Shown in pieces: positions 1-8,732 of a stretch of 64,000 bases of DNA. The notes under the pieces were generated by a model. That model worked only from the letters and a program-made list of their open reading frames with translations, had not been told where the DNA came from and ran no database searches. The stretch is from the NCBI GenBank assembly GCA_965248195.1, contig CBDFIQ010000002.1, forward strand, positions 320,001 to 384,000, in the 5' to 3' direction. Position 1 is the stretch's first letter, and each line of letters opens with the position of its first letter. Source of the stretch: Longimicrobiales bacterium. GTDB lineage: Bacteria > Gemmatimonadota > Gemmatimonadetes > Longimicrobiales > Gaopeijiaceae. The translations under genes were made by a program, and so were the position numbers.

Positions 1-823
1 CTCCGTAGGCGTTCTTGAGCACCGCTTTGAACATCAGAAACCACATCCCCACCGGGCCGTAACCATCCTTTAACCGCGCCACGACGAGGCGGTGCTCGAA
101 CTGGCTCATTTGTGCGCCGACCTGGATCATCAGCTTGTACACGGACCCGGTGTTCCACGGCGCGTACCAGATGCGCCCGAGCCCTTCCCCGACGGAATGC
201 GGACGAAAGACCCCGGCCGCACCTCCAGCAGCGCAGATGACCGCCTTCGCCTTGAAGACGTAGATCTTCGGCTCTCGAACGCTGAACCCGATGGCCCCCG
301 CGATGCGCCGCGGGTCCTTGGCGTCGGTGAGCAGGTGTGACATGAAGATGCGTTCGTACACGTTCTGGTCGCCGACGGCCTTCTTGGCGGCCTCCGCCAC
401 GATCGGCTTGTACGACTCACCATGGATCATGACCTGCCAGCGCCCTTCCCGCTTGTAGCGTCCATCCTCCGTCTTGAAGAACGGGAGTCCCCACTCTTCG
501 AACATGTGGACGCTCGAGTCCACGTGCCGCACGATGTCATACACCAGGTCCTCTCGACTCAGCCCCATGAGGTCCTGCCGGACATACCGCACGAAGTCTT
601 CGGGCTGGTTCTCCCCCCATTTCATCCCCATATAGCAATTGATAGCGGACAGGCCCATCGCCACCGCTCCGCTTCGCTCGACGGCGCCCTTCTCCACCAA
701 CACGACCCGAAGCCCCTTCGAACGGGCCCAGTGGGCCGCTTCGTAGGCCGCTCCGCACCCCGCCATGCCCCCGCCTACGATCAGGACATCACACTCAACT
801 ACCTCTGTGGTTGGCTCAACCAT
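1..823 (-). CDS. aprA: Adenylylsulfate (APS) reductase alpha subunit, 3' end outside the window
   Basis: Not in the ORF track because it has no stop in the window. Manual translation from ATG 823 gives MVEPTTEVVECDVLIVGGGMAGCGAAYEA...VERSGAVAMGLSAINCY...DLMGLSREDLVYD...EEWGLP...GRWQVMIHGESYKPIVAEAAK...RLKDGYGPVG, which are AprA signature motifs; lies directly downstream of aprB. Confidence 0.95.
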   Translation of the reverse strand, partial: MVEPTTEVVECDVLIVGGGMAGCGAAYEAAHWARSKGLRVVLVEKGAVERSGAVAMGLSAINCYMGMKWGENQPEDFVRYVRQDLMGLSREDLVYDIVRHVDSSVHMFEEWGLPFFKTEDGRYKREGRWQVMIHGESYKPIVAEAAKKAVGDQNVYERIFMSHLLTDAKDPRRIAGAIGFSVREPKIYVFKAKAVICAAGGAAGVFRPHSVGEGLGRIWYAPWNTGSVYKLMIQVGAQMSQFEHRLVVARLKDGYGPVGMWFLMFKAVLKNAYG

Positions 824-920
824 CACACCTTGCTCCCGTAGTAAGACCGCCGTTGGTGGCCGTCGGCACGGGGTTCACAAGTCCCCATGCGCCTGGCTGT
901 TAGTCGGATTCCGGATGACG

Positions 921-1370
921 CTACGCGAGGGCCGGTGTCGGCAGCTCAGGCACTCCAAGAAACTGCGCCTGCTGGGAAAGGGCCTGCCCTTTCAGATCGT
1001 CCTGCGTCGGCACCGGCATGCCGTCGTGGGGCACGATGGATCCCCAGGGTGTGGTACGAATTGGATACTTGAATCGCTTGGTCTCTCCGTTGCGGAACTT
1101 CACGGTCCACATGATCGAGTCTGTCCCGCGCATCGACGTGATGCTGGCGCCCATCGGCGCGACGTCGGCATACGCACGGATATCGATCGCCGACTGGGGG
1201 CAGGTCTTCACGCACGCATAACATTCCCAGCACTGGTCGGGTTCGATGTTGAAGGCCTTCCCGATGGACTGGTCGAGATGCATGATGTCGGAGGGGCAAA
1301 TGTAATGACAGGCGGGCTTGTCTAACGCCTTGCACCCGTCACACTTGTCCGGATTCACATAGGTCGGCAT
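921..1370 (-). CDS. aprB: APS reductase beta subunit (2x[4Fe-4S])
   Basis: MPTYVNPDKCDGCKALDKPACHYICP, CWECYACVKTCPQ and IMWTVKFRNGETKRFKYPIRTTPWGSI are typical of AprB. Confidence 0.95.
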   Translation of the reverse strand: MPTYVNPDKCDGCKALDKPACHYICPSDIMHLDQSIGKAFNIEPDQCWECYACVKTCPQSAIDIRAYADVAPMGASITSMRGTDSIMWTVKFRNGETKRFKYPIRTTPWGSIVPHDGMPVPTQDDLKGQALSQQAQFLGVPELPTPALA

Positions 1371-1528
1371 CGGTCATTATCTCTGTCGGCCCGACTATGC
1401 CCGGCCGGTGGTGAGCTGAATCAGTGAAACCTCATCTCGCCTGCAGGCTGCTCACGCGGATCCCGCCGATCGGTCAAACCAGGACGTTTGAGAGTCTGCG
1501 TTCCTGTGCGTGGCGTCGAGGCGGCTAT

Positions 1529-1557
1529 ATTAGAGTCGACGGGTGACCTCTTGTCAA
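1529..1557 (-). promoter_or_regulatory. Sigma70-like promoter for aprBA
   Basis: Minus strand TTGACA (1557-1552), 17-nt spacer, TCTAAT (1534-1529), about 160 nt upstream of aprB. Confidence 0.6.
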
Positions 1558-1657
1558 ATAAAGGGGCTCTTCCGGGTTCGTCGTGGTGATTTTGATGGGA
1601 AAGGCCCACCCGGCCCGGCCGTCTGCGACAGGATGGCTCCCAAGGAGTGGGGGAACC

Positions 1658-1686
1658 TTGACACCATTTCCCCAAAAAGTTATCAG
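1658..1686 (+). promoter_or_regulatory. Possible sigma70-like promoter facing xsc
   Basis: TTGACA, 17-nt spacer, TATCAG (weak -10). Confidence 0.3.
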
Positions 1687-1710
1687 TCCGGAAATTTCAC
1701 GCAGGCCCTA

Positions 1711-1853
1711 TCGGCTTTGCGGAATGGACGAGATCGTGGTCACGGGCACGCCTGGAGGCACCCGAAGAAGGGCGATCGCAAATACGGTTGCCCGGGGTGG
1801 ATGCGGTGGCAGCCCTCGCGGCGGCGCCGATCCAAGATGTTGACGACCTCCTC
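1711..1853 (+). pseudogene. Frameshifted remnant of a SusC/RagA-type TonB-dependent receptor (TonB-box region)
   Basis: Stitching three frames gives SALR / MDEIVVTGTPGGTRRRAIANTVAR / VDAVAALAAAPIQDVDDLL, resembling the DEIVVTG...GNSV-type region of SusC-like receptors. Confidence 0.55.
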
Positions 1854-1935
1854 GTCGTGCTCAACGGTGCCCTTGCGCTGGACGACGAGAGACCGGCGTA
1901 TGCGCTCGCCGGCACGACGATTCGCAATCAGCGGC
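1854..1935 (+). pseudogene. C-terminal remnant of an amidohydrolase/D-aminoacylase
   Basis: VVLNGALALDDERPAYALAGTTIR resembles the C-terminus VFVNGEAALSSGAFMGTLAGRVIR of the intact D-aminoacylase at 6873-8459. Confidence 0.4.
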
Positions 1936-2070
1936 CCTCCCCGCGCCGGTGCCGGGTGACAGAGCAGGACCGCGGTCCGCGATTGACGTGGGAGACAGTG
2001 ACACCCCGCTGCTCGATTGCCTGGGTGGTCTTACCGAGGCTCGAGAAATCCGAGAACAGAGAGGCTGGAG

Positions 2071-3801
2071 ATGGCGAAGAAAAAAATGACGCCCTCCGAG
2101 GCGCTGGTCGAGACACTCGTTGCCGAGGGAGTGGAGGACCTGTTCGGCTTGGTTGGCTCAGCGTTCATGGACGCCCTGGACCTGTTCCCTGACGCCGGTA
2201 TTCGATTCATTCCCGTGGCCCACGAGCAGGCGGCTGCGCACGCTGCTGATGGTCTGGCCAGGGTGACGGGAAGGCCCCAGGCCTGCATTGCCCAAAACGG
2301 GCCGGGCGCGGCGAATTTTGTGTCCGCCATCGCTGCAGCTTACTGGGCGCACTCTCCGGTAGTGGCCATCACTCCCGAGACGGGGTCGAGGGGGATCGGT
2401 ACCGGCGGCTTTCAGGAGCTGGACCAGATGCCCATGTTCGAGAAGCAGACCGTATATCAGGTGCGGGTCAACCGCCCCGACCGCATGGCCGAGCTGGCCA
2501 GGCGCTGCTTCTATCGGGCCAAGGCCGAGCTCGGCCCGACCCACCTGAACATTCCCCGGGACTATTTCTATGGGGACATCGAAGACGAGATCGTCGCCAC
2601 TCCGACGCTCGGGGCGGGTCGTCCGCCCAAAAAGGATATCGAAGCTGCGATCAGCTTTCTGAAGGCCGCCGATTATCCGGTCATCGTCTCGGGAGGTGGT
2701 GTCAGTCAGGGTGACGCCGTGGATGAGATCAAGGCCCTGGCCGAGTACCTGAGCGCGCCGGTGATCACCACCTACTTGCACAACGACGCGTTCCCGTACA
2801 GCCACGAGCTCGGCTGCGGACCCATCGGCTACTGTGGCTCCAAGGCAGCCATGCGGACCATCGCCAAAGCCGACGTGGTGTTGGCCTTGGGAACCAGACT
2901 GGGGATTTTCGGCCTGCTTCCCCAGTACGATATGACCTACTGGCCCGAGGAGGCCACGCTCATCCAGGTGGACAGAGACCCGAAGCAATGGGGCTTGAGC
3001 AAGATTCCGGACCTCTTTTCCGTGGCGGACGTGAAGGAGTACGCTACGGATTTGCTGCGGGAGCTGAAGAACTTCCAGCCGAACCCGGAGAGAAACGAAG
3101 AGCGCATCGCCGACGTGGCCAGGGAAAAAGAGACGTGGGACAAGGAGCTCGAAGACTGGTCGTCGTCTACGAACAAGGTGATGCATCCCCGGCGCTTCCT
3201 CTGGGAGCTGACTCGCGTTCTGCCTGAGGATGCACTGGTGACTACGGACGTCGGGAATACCTGCTCCATCACCAACGGGTACCTCAGATTCAAAGGGCCC
3301 CGACAGCACCTCCCCGCCTTGACCTGGGGCAACTGCGGTTTCGCCTACGGCTGCGCCATGGGGGCCAAAATCGGGAAGCCGGACGCCCCGGTCTTTGCCA
3401 TTCAGGGAGACGGGGCCTGGGGCATCAGCGGGTTGAGCGAGGTGATGACCGCCGTCCGGGAGGACATTCCGGTGGTCGCCATCGTGATCAACAACCACGA
3501 ATGGGGTGCGGAGAAGAAGAACCAGATCGACTTTTACGGCGACCGCTTCGTCGGCACCAACCTGCCGGACAATCCGGATTTCGCCAAAGTGGCCGAGGCG
3601 ATGGGCGCGGTGGGCTTTACCGTCGAGGATTACCGGGATGTCCAGGACGTAGTGCGGGAAGCCATGGCTTGCGGCAAGCCCTGCGTGATCAACGCGGTGG
3701 TCGAGGGCGGAGAGAAGGTGCTGGCGGAGCCTTTCCGACGGGACGCATTGGAGATGCCGACCCGCTATCTCGACAAGTACGCACACCTGAGTCTGGAATA
3801 G
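2071..3801 (+). CDS. xsc: Sulfoacetaldehyde acetyltransferase (ThDP-dependent)
   Basis: KMTPSEALVETLVAEGV, GSAFMDALDLFP, AQNGPG, AAAYWAHSPVV, GGFQE, ThDP motif GDGAWG...NNHEWGAEKKNQ, EPFRRDAL; GGAG ribosome-binding site before ATG 2071. Confidence 0.92.
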   Translation: MAKKKMTPSEALVETLVAEGVEDLFGLVGSAFMDALDLFPDAGIRFIPVAHEQAAAHAADGLARVTGRPQACIAQNGPGAANFVSAIAAAYWAHSPVVAITPETGSRGIGTGGFQELDQMPMFEKQTVYQVRVNRPDRMAELARRCFYRAKAELGPTHLNIPRDYFYGDIEDEIVATPTLGAGRPPKKDIEAAISFLKAADYPVIVSGGGVSQGDAVDEIKALAEYLSAPVITTYLHNDAFPYSHELGCGPIGYCGSKAAMRTIAKADVVLALGTRLGIFGLLPQYDMTYWPEEATLIQVDRDPKQWGLSKIPDLFSVADVKEYATDLLRELKNFQPNPERNEERIADVAREKETWDKELEDWSSSTNKVMHPRRFLWELTRVLPEDALVTTDVGNTCSITNGYLRFKGPRQHLPALTWGNCGFAYGCAMGAKIGKPDAPVFAIQGDGAWGISGLSEVMTAVREDIPVVAIVINNHEWGAEKKNQIDFYGDRFVGTNLPDNPDFAKVAEAMGAVGFTVEDYRDVQDVVREAMACGKPCVINAVVEGGEKVLAEPFRRDALEMPTRYLDKYAHLSLE

Positions 3802-3856
3802 AATCTTCGAGGACCAACAAGGGCCCGTCTCCGGTCCGGCTTGGAGGAGAACCCGT

Positions 3857-5257
3857 ATGTTCGATACGCAAGACTTGCTGTCCAACTATGATGCCAAAGA
3901 CATCATCGAGAAGGACAAGAAGCATCTGTGGCATCACATGGTTCAGCACAAGATCTTCGAGTCGCAGGATCCGAAGATCTTCGTTGAGGGCAAGGGGGCC
4001 CGGGTCAAGGACATTGATGGAAACGAGTATCTAGACGGCGCCTCCGGCGGTGTTTGGTGCGTCAATGTCGGCTATGGGCGCGAGAGCATCGCAAGGGTCA
4101 TATATGACCAGTTGGTCAAACTTCCCTACTACGCTGGAGTAGCCGGGACGGTTCCGGCGGCCCAGTTCGCGGCGAAGCTGACCGACCTGCTGCCAGGTTT
4201 GGACCACGTCTTCTTTGTAAACAGCGGCTCCGAGGCCAACGAAAAGGCCTTCAAGATCGTCCGGCAGATCGCTCACTTGAACAAGAACACGAAGTCCAAG
4301 GTGTTGTACCGGGACCGTGACTATCACGGAACGACGATCGCCTGCCTGGCCGCGACCGGTCAGCCGGAGCGCAAGGAGGCGTACGGCCCCTTCCCGGACG
4401 GATTCGTGGGCATTCCCCATGCTCTGTGCTATCGCTGTCCCTTCGGCCTGGCCTATCCCGATTGTAACATCGAGTGCGCCCGTGCCCTGGAGGATGTGAT
4501 CCAGGAGGAGGGTCCTGAGACGGTGGGCGCCCTCATCCTCGAGCCGATCACGGCGGGTGGCGGTGTTATTCCTCCGGTCGAGGAATACTATCCCATCATC
4601 CAGGAGATCTGTGGAAAATATGGCGTTATCCTGATCATCGACGAGGTCGTGTGCGGTTTTGGACGGACCGGGACCATGTTCGGTTTCGAGCATTATGACT
4701 TCACGCCGGACATCGTGACGATGGCCAAGGGTATGGCCAGCTCCTACGCGCCGATCTCGGCTACGGCGGTGCGAAGCGAAGTCTTCGAGCAGTTCCTCCA
4801 CGATCCGAGCGACAAGTACGACTATTTCCGGGACATCAGTACGTACGGCGGCTGCACAGCGGGGTTTGCCGCCGCCCTGGAGAACCTGCGTATCCTCGAG
4901 GAGGAAGACCTGGTTGAAAATGCTCGCGTGGTCGGAGATCACCTTTGCGACCGCCTACGGGAGCTGGCCGACAATGAGTATGTCGGGGATGTCCGGGGCA
5001 AGGGACTGTTCGCGGGCGTGGAGCTCGTGGAAGACAAGTCCTCGAAGACACCTGTGAGCGAGGACGTGATGAACGCGGTCATGCGAAAGATCACCGAGAG
5101 GGGCGTGCTGGTGGGCAAGACTACCAGAAGCCTTCCCGGCCTGAACAACACCATCAACATCGCACCGCCTCTGATCGTAACGAGGGCGGATGTCGACGAG
5201 ATCGTCGATGCGGTGAAGTGGGGCATCGAGCACGGCTGCCAGGAGGTTCTGGGCTGA
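3857..5257 (+). CDS. tpa: Class III aminotransferase, probable taurine:pyruvate aminotransferase
   Basis: HLWHHMVQHK, SGGVWCVNVGYGR, NSGSEANEKAFK, YRDRDYHGTT, DEVVCGFGRTG, PLP lysine in TMAKG, YFRDISTYGGC; 55 bp after xsc. Confidence 0.85.
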   Translation: MFDTQDLLSNYDAKDIIEKDKKHLWHHMVQHKIFESQDPKIFVEGKGARVKDIDGNEYLDGASGGVWCVNVGYGRESIARVIYDQLVKLPYYAGVAGTVPAAQFAAKLTDLLPGLDHVFFVNSGSEANEKAFKIVRQIAHLNKNTKSKVLYRDRDYHGTTIACLAATGQPERKEAYGPFPDGFVGIPHALCYRCPFGLAYPDCNIECARALEDVIQEEGPETVGALILEPITAGGGVIPPVEEYYPIIQEICGKYGVILIIDEVVCGFGRTGTMFGFEHYDFTPDIVTMAKGMASSYAPISATAVRSEVFEQFLHDPSDKYDYFRDISTYGGCTAGFAAALENLRILEEEDLVENARVVGDHLCDRLRELADNEYVGDVRGKGLFAGVELVEDKSSKTPVSEDVMNAVMRKITERGVLVGKTTRSLPGLNNTINIAPPLIVTRADVDEIVDAVKWGIEHGCQEVLG

Positions 5258-5299
5258 GCCGCGTCCGTTAGGAGAGAGGTCAGGCGTGCGTCGTCGGGT

Positions 5300-5403
5300 T
5301 CGGGTGCTTCGTGCTGCGGGGTGACTTCCTGGAGATGGCGGGGCTTCGCCTCCTGCGTGGCGGGCAGGTCCACCTCGAAGAGCAGCACCTTAACCGGTCT
5401 CAC
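5300..5403 (-). pseudogene. Possible fragment of an LCM-family SAM-dependent methyltransferase
   Basis: VLLFEVDLPATQEAK resembles the FEVDxPxxxxxK motif; no intact gene surrounds it. Confidence 0.3.
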
Positions 5404-5769
5404 CTATTAAATGCGGGGACCCTTACGAGCACGTACGTAATGTGCCCGCCTTCCGGCACCAAGTAGCTGTGAGGGGTCCCCGCCGGAATGTGGATCATAT
5501 CCCCCGTGCCCAGAGCATACCGCACTCCGCCCGCAATGCCCGTAACCCGGCCACCTGTGCGGTTGAGCATTTCGCCGCCCACGAGCAAAGTCGCTTGGCC
5601 GCTCTTTACGAACACGACGTCGAGGCCGTCCTCATGTATCTCGGGGAATCCGTCAGAGGGCGGCATCCCGCTGTTCTAGTTCCGAAGAACTCCACATGAC
5701 GAATCGCGGCGGGGCGGCCTGAAGCACCGGCGCGAGGACAGCAGCAACCGTCAAGACACGAAGTGGCAC
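5400..5769 (-). pseudogene. Exported cupin protein, disrupted by an apparent internal deletion or frameshift
   Basis: GTG 5769 gives a signal-like PLRVLTVAAVLAPVLQAAPPRFVMWSSSELEQRDAAL then stop at 5653; the cupin motifs (PEIHEDGLDVVFVKSGQATL...GDMIHIPAGTPH) are in another frame. Confidence 0.55.
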
Positions 5770-5792
5770 GATGATGGTCTTCTGAGTTCCGG

Positions 5793-6680
5793 CTAACGGT
5801 TGCGAGTCCTCTCGAATTCCTCCGCCAACTCCGGTGACAGCGGGTACACATCGCGGAAGCGATAGCGCTTGTCCAATAGCAGCTCGAGCTGGAACTTCTC
5901 TCGGGCTTCGCTCCGAGCCGCATACTCCAACACGTCGTCGAGGAGCTCCGGCGGGAAGAAGAAGACTCCACCGGCGTCCCCGACCACGATGTCACCCGGC
6001 AGCACCGTGACACCGCCGATCCGGACTGGCACGCTGTACTCCACGCCGAGCCAGGAAGTTGTAATCGGGTCCGAGAACCGGTGTAGAACCGGGAAACCCT
6101 CGAAGCGGTCGTCTTGCAGTCCGGCGAGGTCGCGCATGCCACCGTCGATGACGACACCCGCCACCCCACGCATCTGGATTCCGGTGGCTCCCATGTCACC
6201 GAAGAGATTGTGGCCGTCGGTGCCCCCGAGCTCGGCGACCACGACGTCGCCGGGGTGGGCTTCCTCGGACGCGCGCGCATAGTATCTGCGATCCCAGTTT
6301 CCCTCCTCGGCAAGGATATTGGCCGCTCGGACCAAGTCCGGTCGCGGGGGAAGGAACCGCATTGTTAGGGCCCGCCCCACCACACGTTCGCCGGGACGAG
6401 TGTTCGCGAATCCCCGAGCATAATTGGTGCGGTAATCGCCGACCGCTCCGAAGATGACCTCGAGAGGGATCGATCGGAGCTGATCGAGCTGTTCCTGCGT
6501 CACCTCGGGCCGGCTCGGCGCCAGGACGTCCATGATCGCGGAGTACGAGGTCCGGTTCGTCCTGAAGCCGTCGGGCGCTCGCACATCGGGCCTGAAGGTC
6601 TGGTCGAAGGGCTCCTGCGCGTACGCCCCTCCGGCCCAGATGAGCAACGTCACTAGGGTGAGAGCGTGAGTCGGGTTCAT
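5793..6680 (-). CDS. RraA/HMG-aldolase-like protein with signal peptide
   Basis: GRALTMRFLP, GDVVV, FGDMGAT, GVVIDGGMRD, PVRIGGVTVLPGDIVVGD; N-terminal AYA signal cleavage site. Confidence 0.8.
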   Translation of the reverse strand: MNPTHALTLVTLLIWAGGAYAQEPFDQTFRPDVRAPDGFRTNRTSYSAIMDVLAPSRPEVTQEQLDQLRSIPLEVIFGAVGDYRTNYARGFANTRPGERVVGRALTMRFLPPRPDLVRAANILAEEGNWDRRYYARASEEAHPGDVVVAELGGTDGHNLFGDMGATGIQMRGVAGVVIDGGMRDLAGLQDDRFEGFPVLHRFSDPITTSWLGVEYSVPVRIGGVTVLPGDIVVGDAGGVFFFPPELLDDVLEYAARSEAREKFQLELLLDKRYRFRDVYPLSPELAEEFERTRNR

Positions 6681-6872
6681 GGCAATTTCCTCCGAATCAA
6701 AGTGTAGCGTAGGGAAAGTTCACTCGGACGGTACTCGGTAACGGCCATCCAAGGCTGCGTTGAAGCGTGCGACGCCGTCAGACATGGCGGACAAAATGCG
6801 TCTATGACGTGGGAGGGTGCAAGCGGCTCGCACGCTCCCGGGCCAGTTTCTAACGGTCTAGTGTGCGACGGC

Positions 6873-8459
6873 CTAGCGCTTCCGAATCACCCGCCCCGCC
6901 AACGTGCCCATAAAAGCGCCGGAGGATAAGGCGGCCTCTCCGTTCACGAATACCTCGATCATGCCCTCGGCGAGTTGATGGGGCTCAGTGAAGGTGGCGG
7001 GGTCGTTCAAGCGGGCTAGATCGAAGATCGCGACGTCGGCGTAGGCTCCGGGGCGCAGCACCCCTCGGTCGGAGATACGCAAGACCTGCGCGGGGAGTCC
7101 CGTCATGCTCCGGATGGCAGCGGCGAGGTCCACGATCCCCTCCTCCAACACGAATTGGCGAATTTTCCTGGGAAAAGTGCCGTAGGATCTGGGATGAGGC
7201 ACACCTTCCATCCATGGCACGAGGCCACCATCCGAAGACGTCATGTTCCAGGAGGGAGCCATCAGCGTTGCGATGTCGTCTTCGTGCATGTTGTATGAGA
7301 TAATGCTGGGCCCCCCCCGCCTTAGGAGGTCGATCGCGGTGTCGATCGGGTCCTCACCACGCTCTCTTGCGAGATCTGAGAGGAGCCGCCCCTCGATAGA
7401 CTCGTCGGGGCGGAATCGTCGGAACTGGATACGGTCTGCGCCACCCCTCCTATCCAGATTCTCGACCATTGCCGTGCGGATATCGGCCATGACCCCTGGG
7501 CGGTCGAAGCGCGCCATGAGGGAATCGTTGCCACCGGCCTGGGACCACCGCGGAAGAAGGGCCGCGCCGAGACCGGTGGAGGACGCCGCGTAGGGGTACT
7601 GATCGGTGTAGACCTCGATACCCTCTTCCCGGGCGGCTTCGATTCTCTGGGTGATGACGGTTCCGAATCCCCACACTCGTGGGCCCAACGCCTTGACATG
7701 GGTGATCACGCCTGGAATCCCGGCTCTGCGGGCGACGTCGATTACCTCTTCCACCGACGCCACGAGGCCGACGCTGTAGTCGGATTCGTCGCGAATATGA
7801 CTTGTATAGGCCCCCCCGAAGGGGGCCACCACCTCTGCCAATTCAACGATCTCGTCCGGATCCGAGAAGCTCCCAGGAACGTAGAACGTCCCCGACGAAA
7901 GCCCGTATGCGCCCTCCTCCATGGCCCTTCGCACCAAGCCGCGCATCTCCTCCATCTCCGCGGCCGTAGGTGCGCGATCTGCGGCTCCCAAGATGAGCCG
8001 GCGAATCGACCCGTGGCCCACCAACTGTGCCGTGTTGACACCCAAGCCATCTCTCAGCAGCTCCCTTCTCTGACGAGCCAGGTCCACGGGGCCTCCGCCG
8101 TCGGGATTGATCACCACGGTCGTGAGCCCCTGCGCCAGCAACGGCTCACCGTGGCTGAGTCCCGCTGTCGCCAGCCCAGGCCCCGCGTGAGAGTGTGCGT
8201 CGATGAAGCCCGGGGTCACGTACAGTCCCGTGGCGTCGATCTCACGGCCAGCCGTGGCCGCGCCGAGATCTCCGACTGCCGCGATTCGGTCTCCGTCCAG
8301 GGCCACGTCGGCCAGGAACCACGGGTTGCCAGTTCCGTCGATCACCCTGCCGTTACGAATGATGACGTCATAGGTCTGAGCATGAGTGTTCGACGGAGTG
8401 GCCAGCGCCAGGAACAGCGCGAGCAGCGAGCCGACTGTGGAGAAACGAGAAATACGCAT
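6873..8459 (-). CDS. N-acyl-D-amino-acid deacylase (amidohydrolase), exported
   Basis: PGFIDAHSH, YTSHIRDE, HPRSYGTFPR, GAYADVAIFD; signal peptide. Confidence 0.9.
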   Translation of the reverse strand: MRISRFSTVGSLLALFLALATPSNTHAQTYDVIIRNGRVIDGTGNPWFLADVALDGDRIAAVGDLGAATAGREIDATGLYVTPGFIDAHSHAGPGLATAGLSHGEPLLAQGLTTVVINPDGGGPVDLARQRRELLRDGLGVNTAQLVGHGSIRRLILGAADRAPTAAEMEEMRGLVRRAMEEGAYGLSSGTFYVPGSFSDPDEIVELAEVVAPFGGAYTSHIRDESDYSVGLVASVEEVIDVARRAGIPGVITHVKALGPRVWGFGTVITQRIEAAREEGIEVYTDQYPYAASSTGLGAALLPRWSQAGGNDSLMARFDRPGVMADIRTAMVENLDRRGGADRIQFRRFRPDESIEGRLLSDLARERGEDPIDTAIDLLRRGGPSIISYNMHEDDIATLMAPSWNMTSSDGGLVPWMEGVPHPRSYGTFPRKIRQFVLEEGIVDLAAAIRSMTGLPAQVLRISDRGVLRPGAYADVAIFDLARLNDPATFTEPHQLAEGMIEVFVNGEAALSSGAFMGTLAGRVIRKR

Positions 8460-8732
8460 TTGTGTGCCCTTGGCGGATGCTGGTCCCGCAGGCCTCCTCG
8501 GGGGTGGCAGGCTCCCTCGCGGGTGGGGGAAAGGTGAGGGCCGGCGTCACAACGGGCAACATCGGGCCTCACGCGACGCCCGCGCCAAGTCGCTAGCGGT
8601 CCCAGTCCCGCCGACCTACGTTTCCGGCTCAGAGGGCTCCACGAGCGTTCTTGCGGAGAGAAACAGGGGGTCCGAGGAAAACGAGCTCTGGTGGCCACCA
8701 GAGGCGATCTCGCACCCCGAGAGGAGTGATCT

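Noticed and set aside
1..1370. aprAB as proof of dissimilatory sulfate reduction
   Set aside because: Apr works in both directions; no dsr, sat or qmo in the window, and the context points to sulfonate-derived sulfite
1543..1557. TGAC-N5-GTCA dyad as an FNR box
   Set aside because: Spacing does not fit TTGAT-N4-ATCAA; better explained as overlapping the -35 element of the aprBA promoter
2158..3885. 575-aa minus-strand ORF, and similar long antisense ORFs at 8877-10595, 22390-24201, 45620-46849 and 61706-62917
   Set aside because: Antisense shadows of well-supported genes, expected in high-GC DNA; no recognisable motifs
5653..5655. TGA in the cupin gene as selenocysteine or readthrough
   Set aside because: Readthrough meets another stop six codons later, and the cupin motifs are in a different frame
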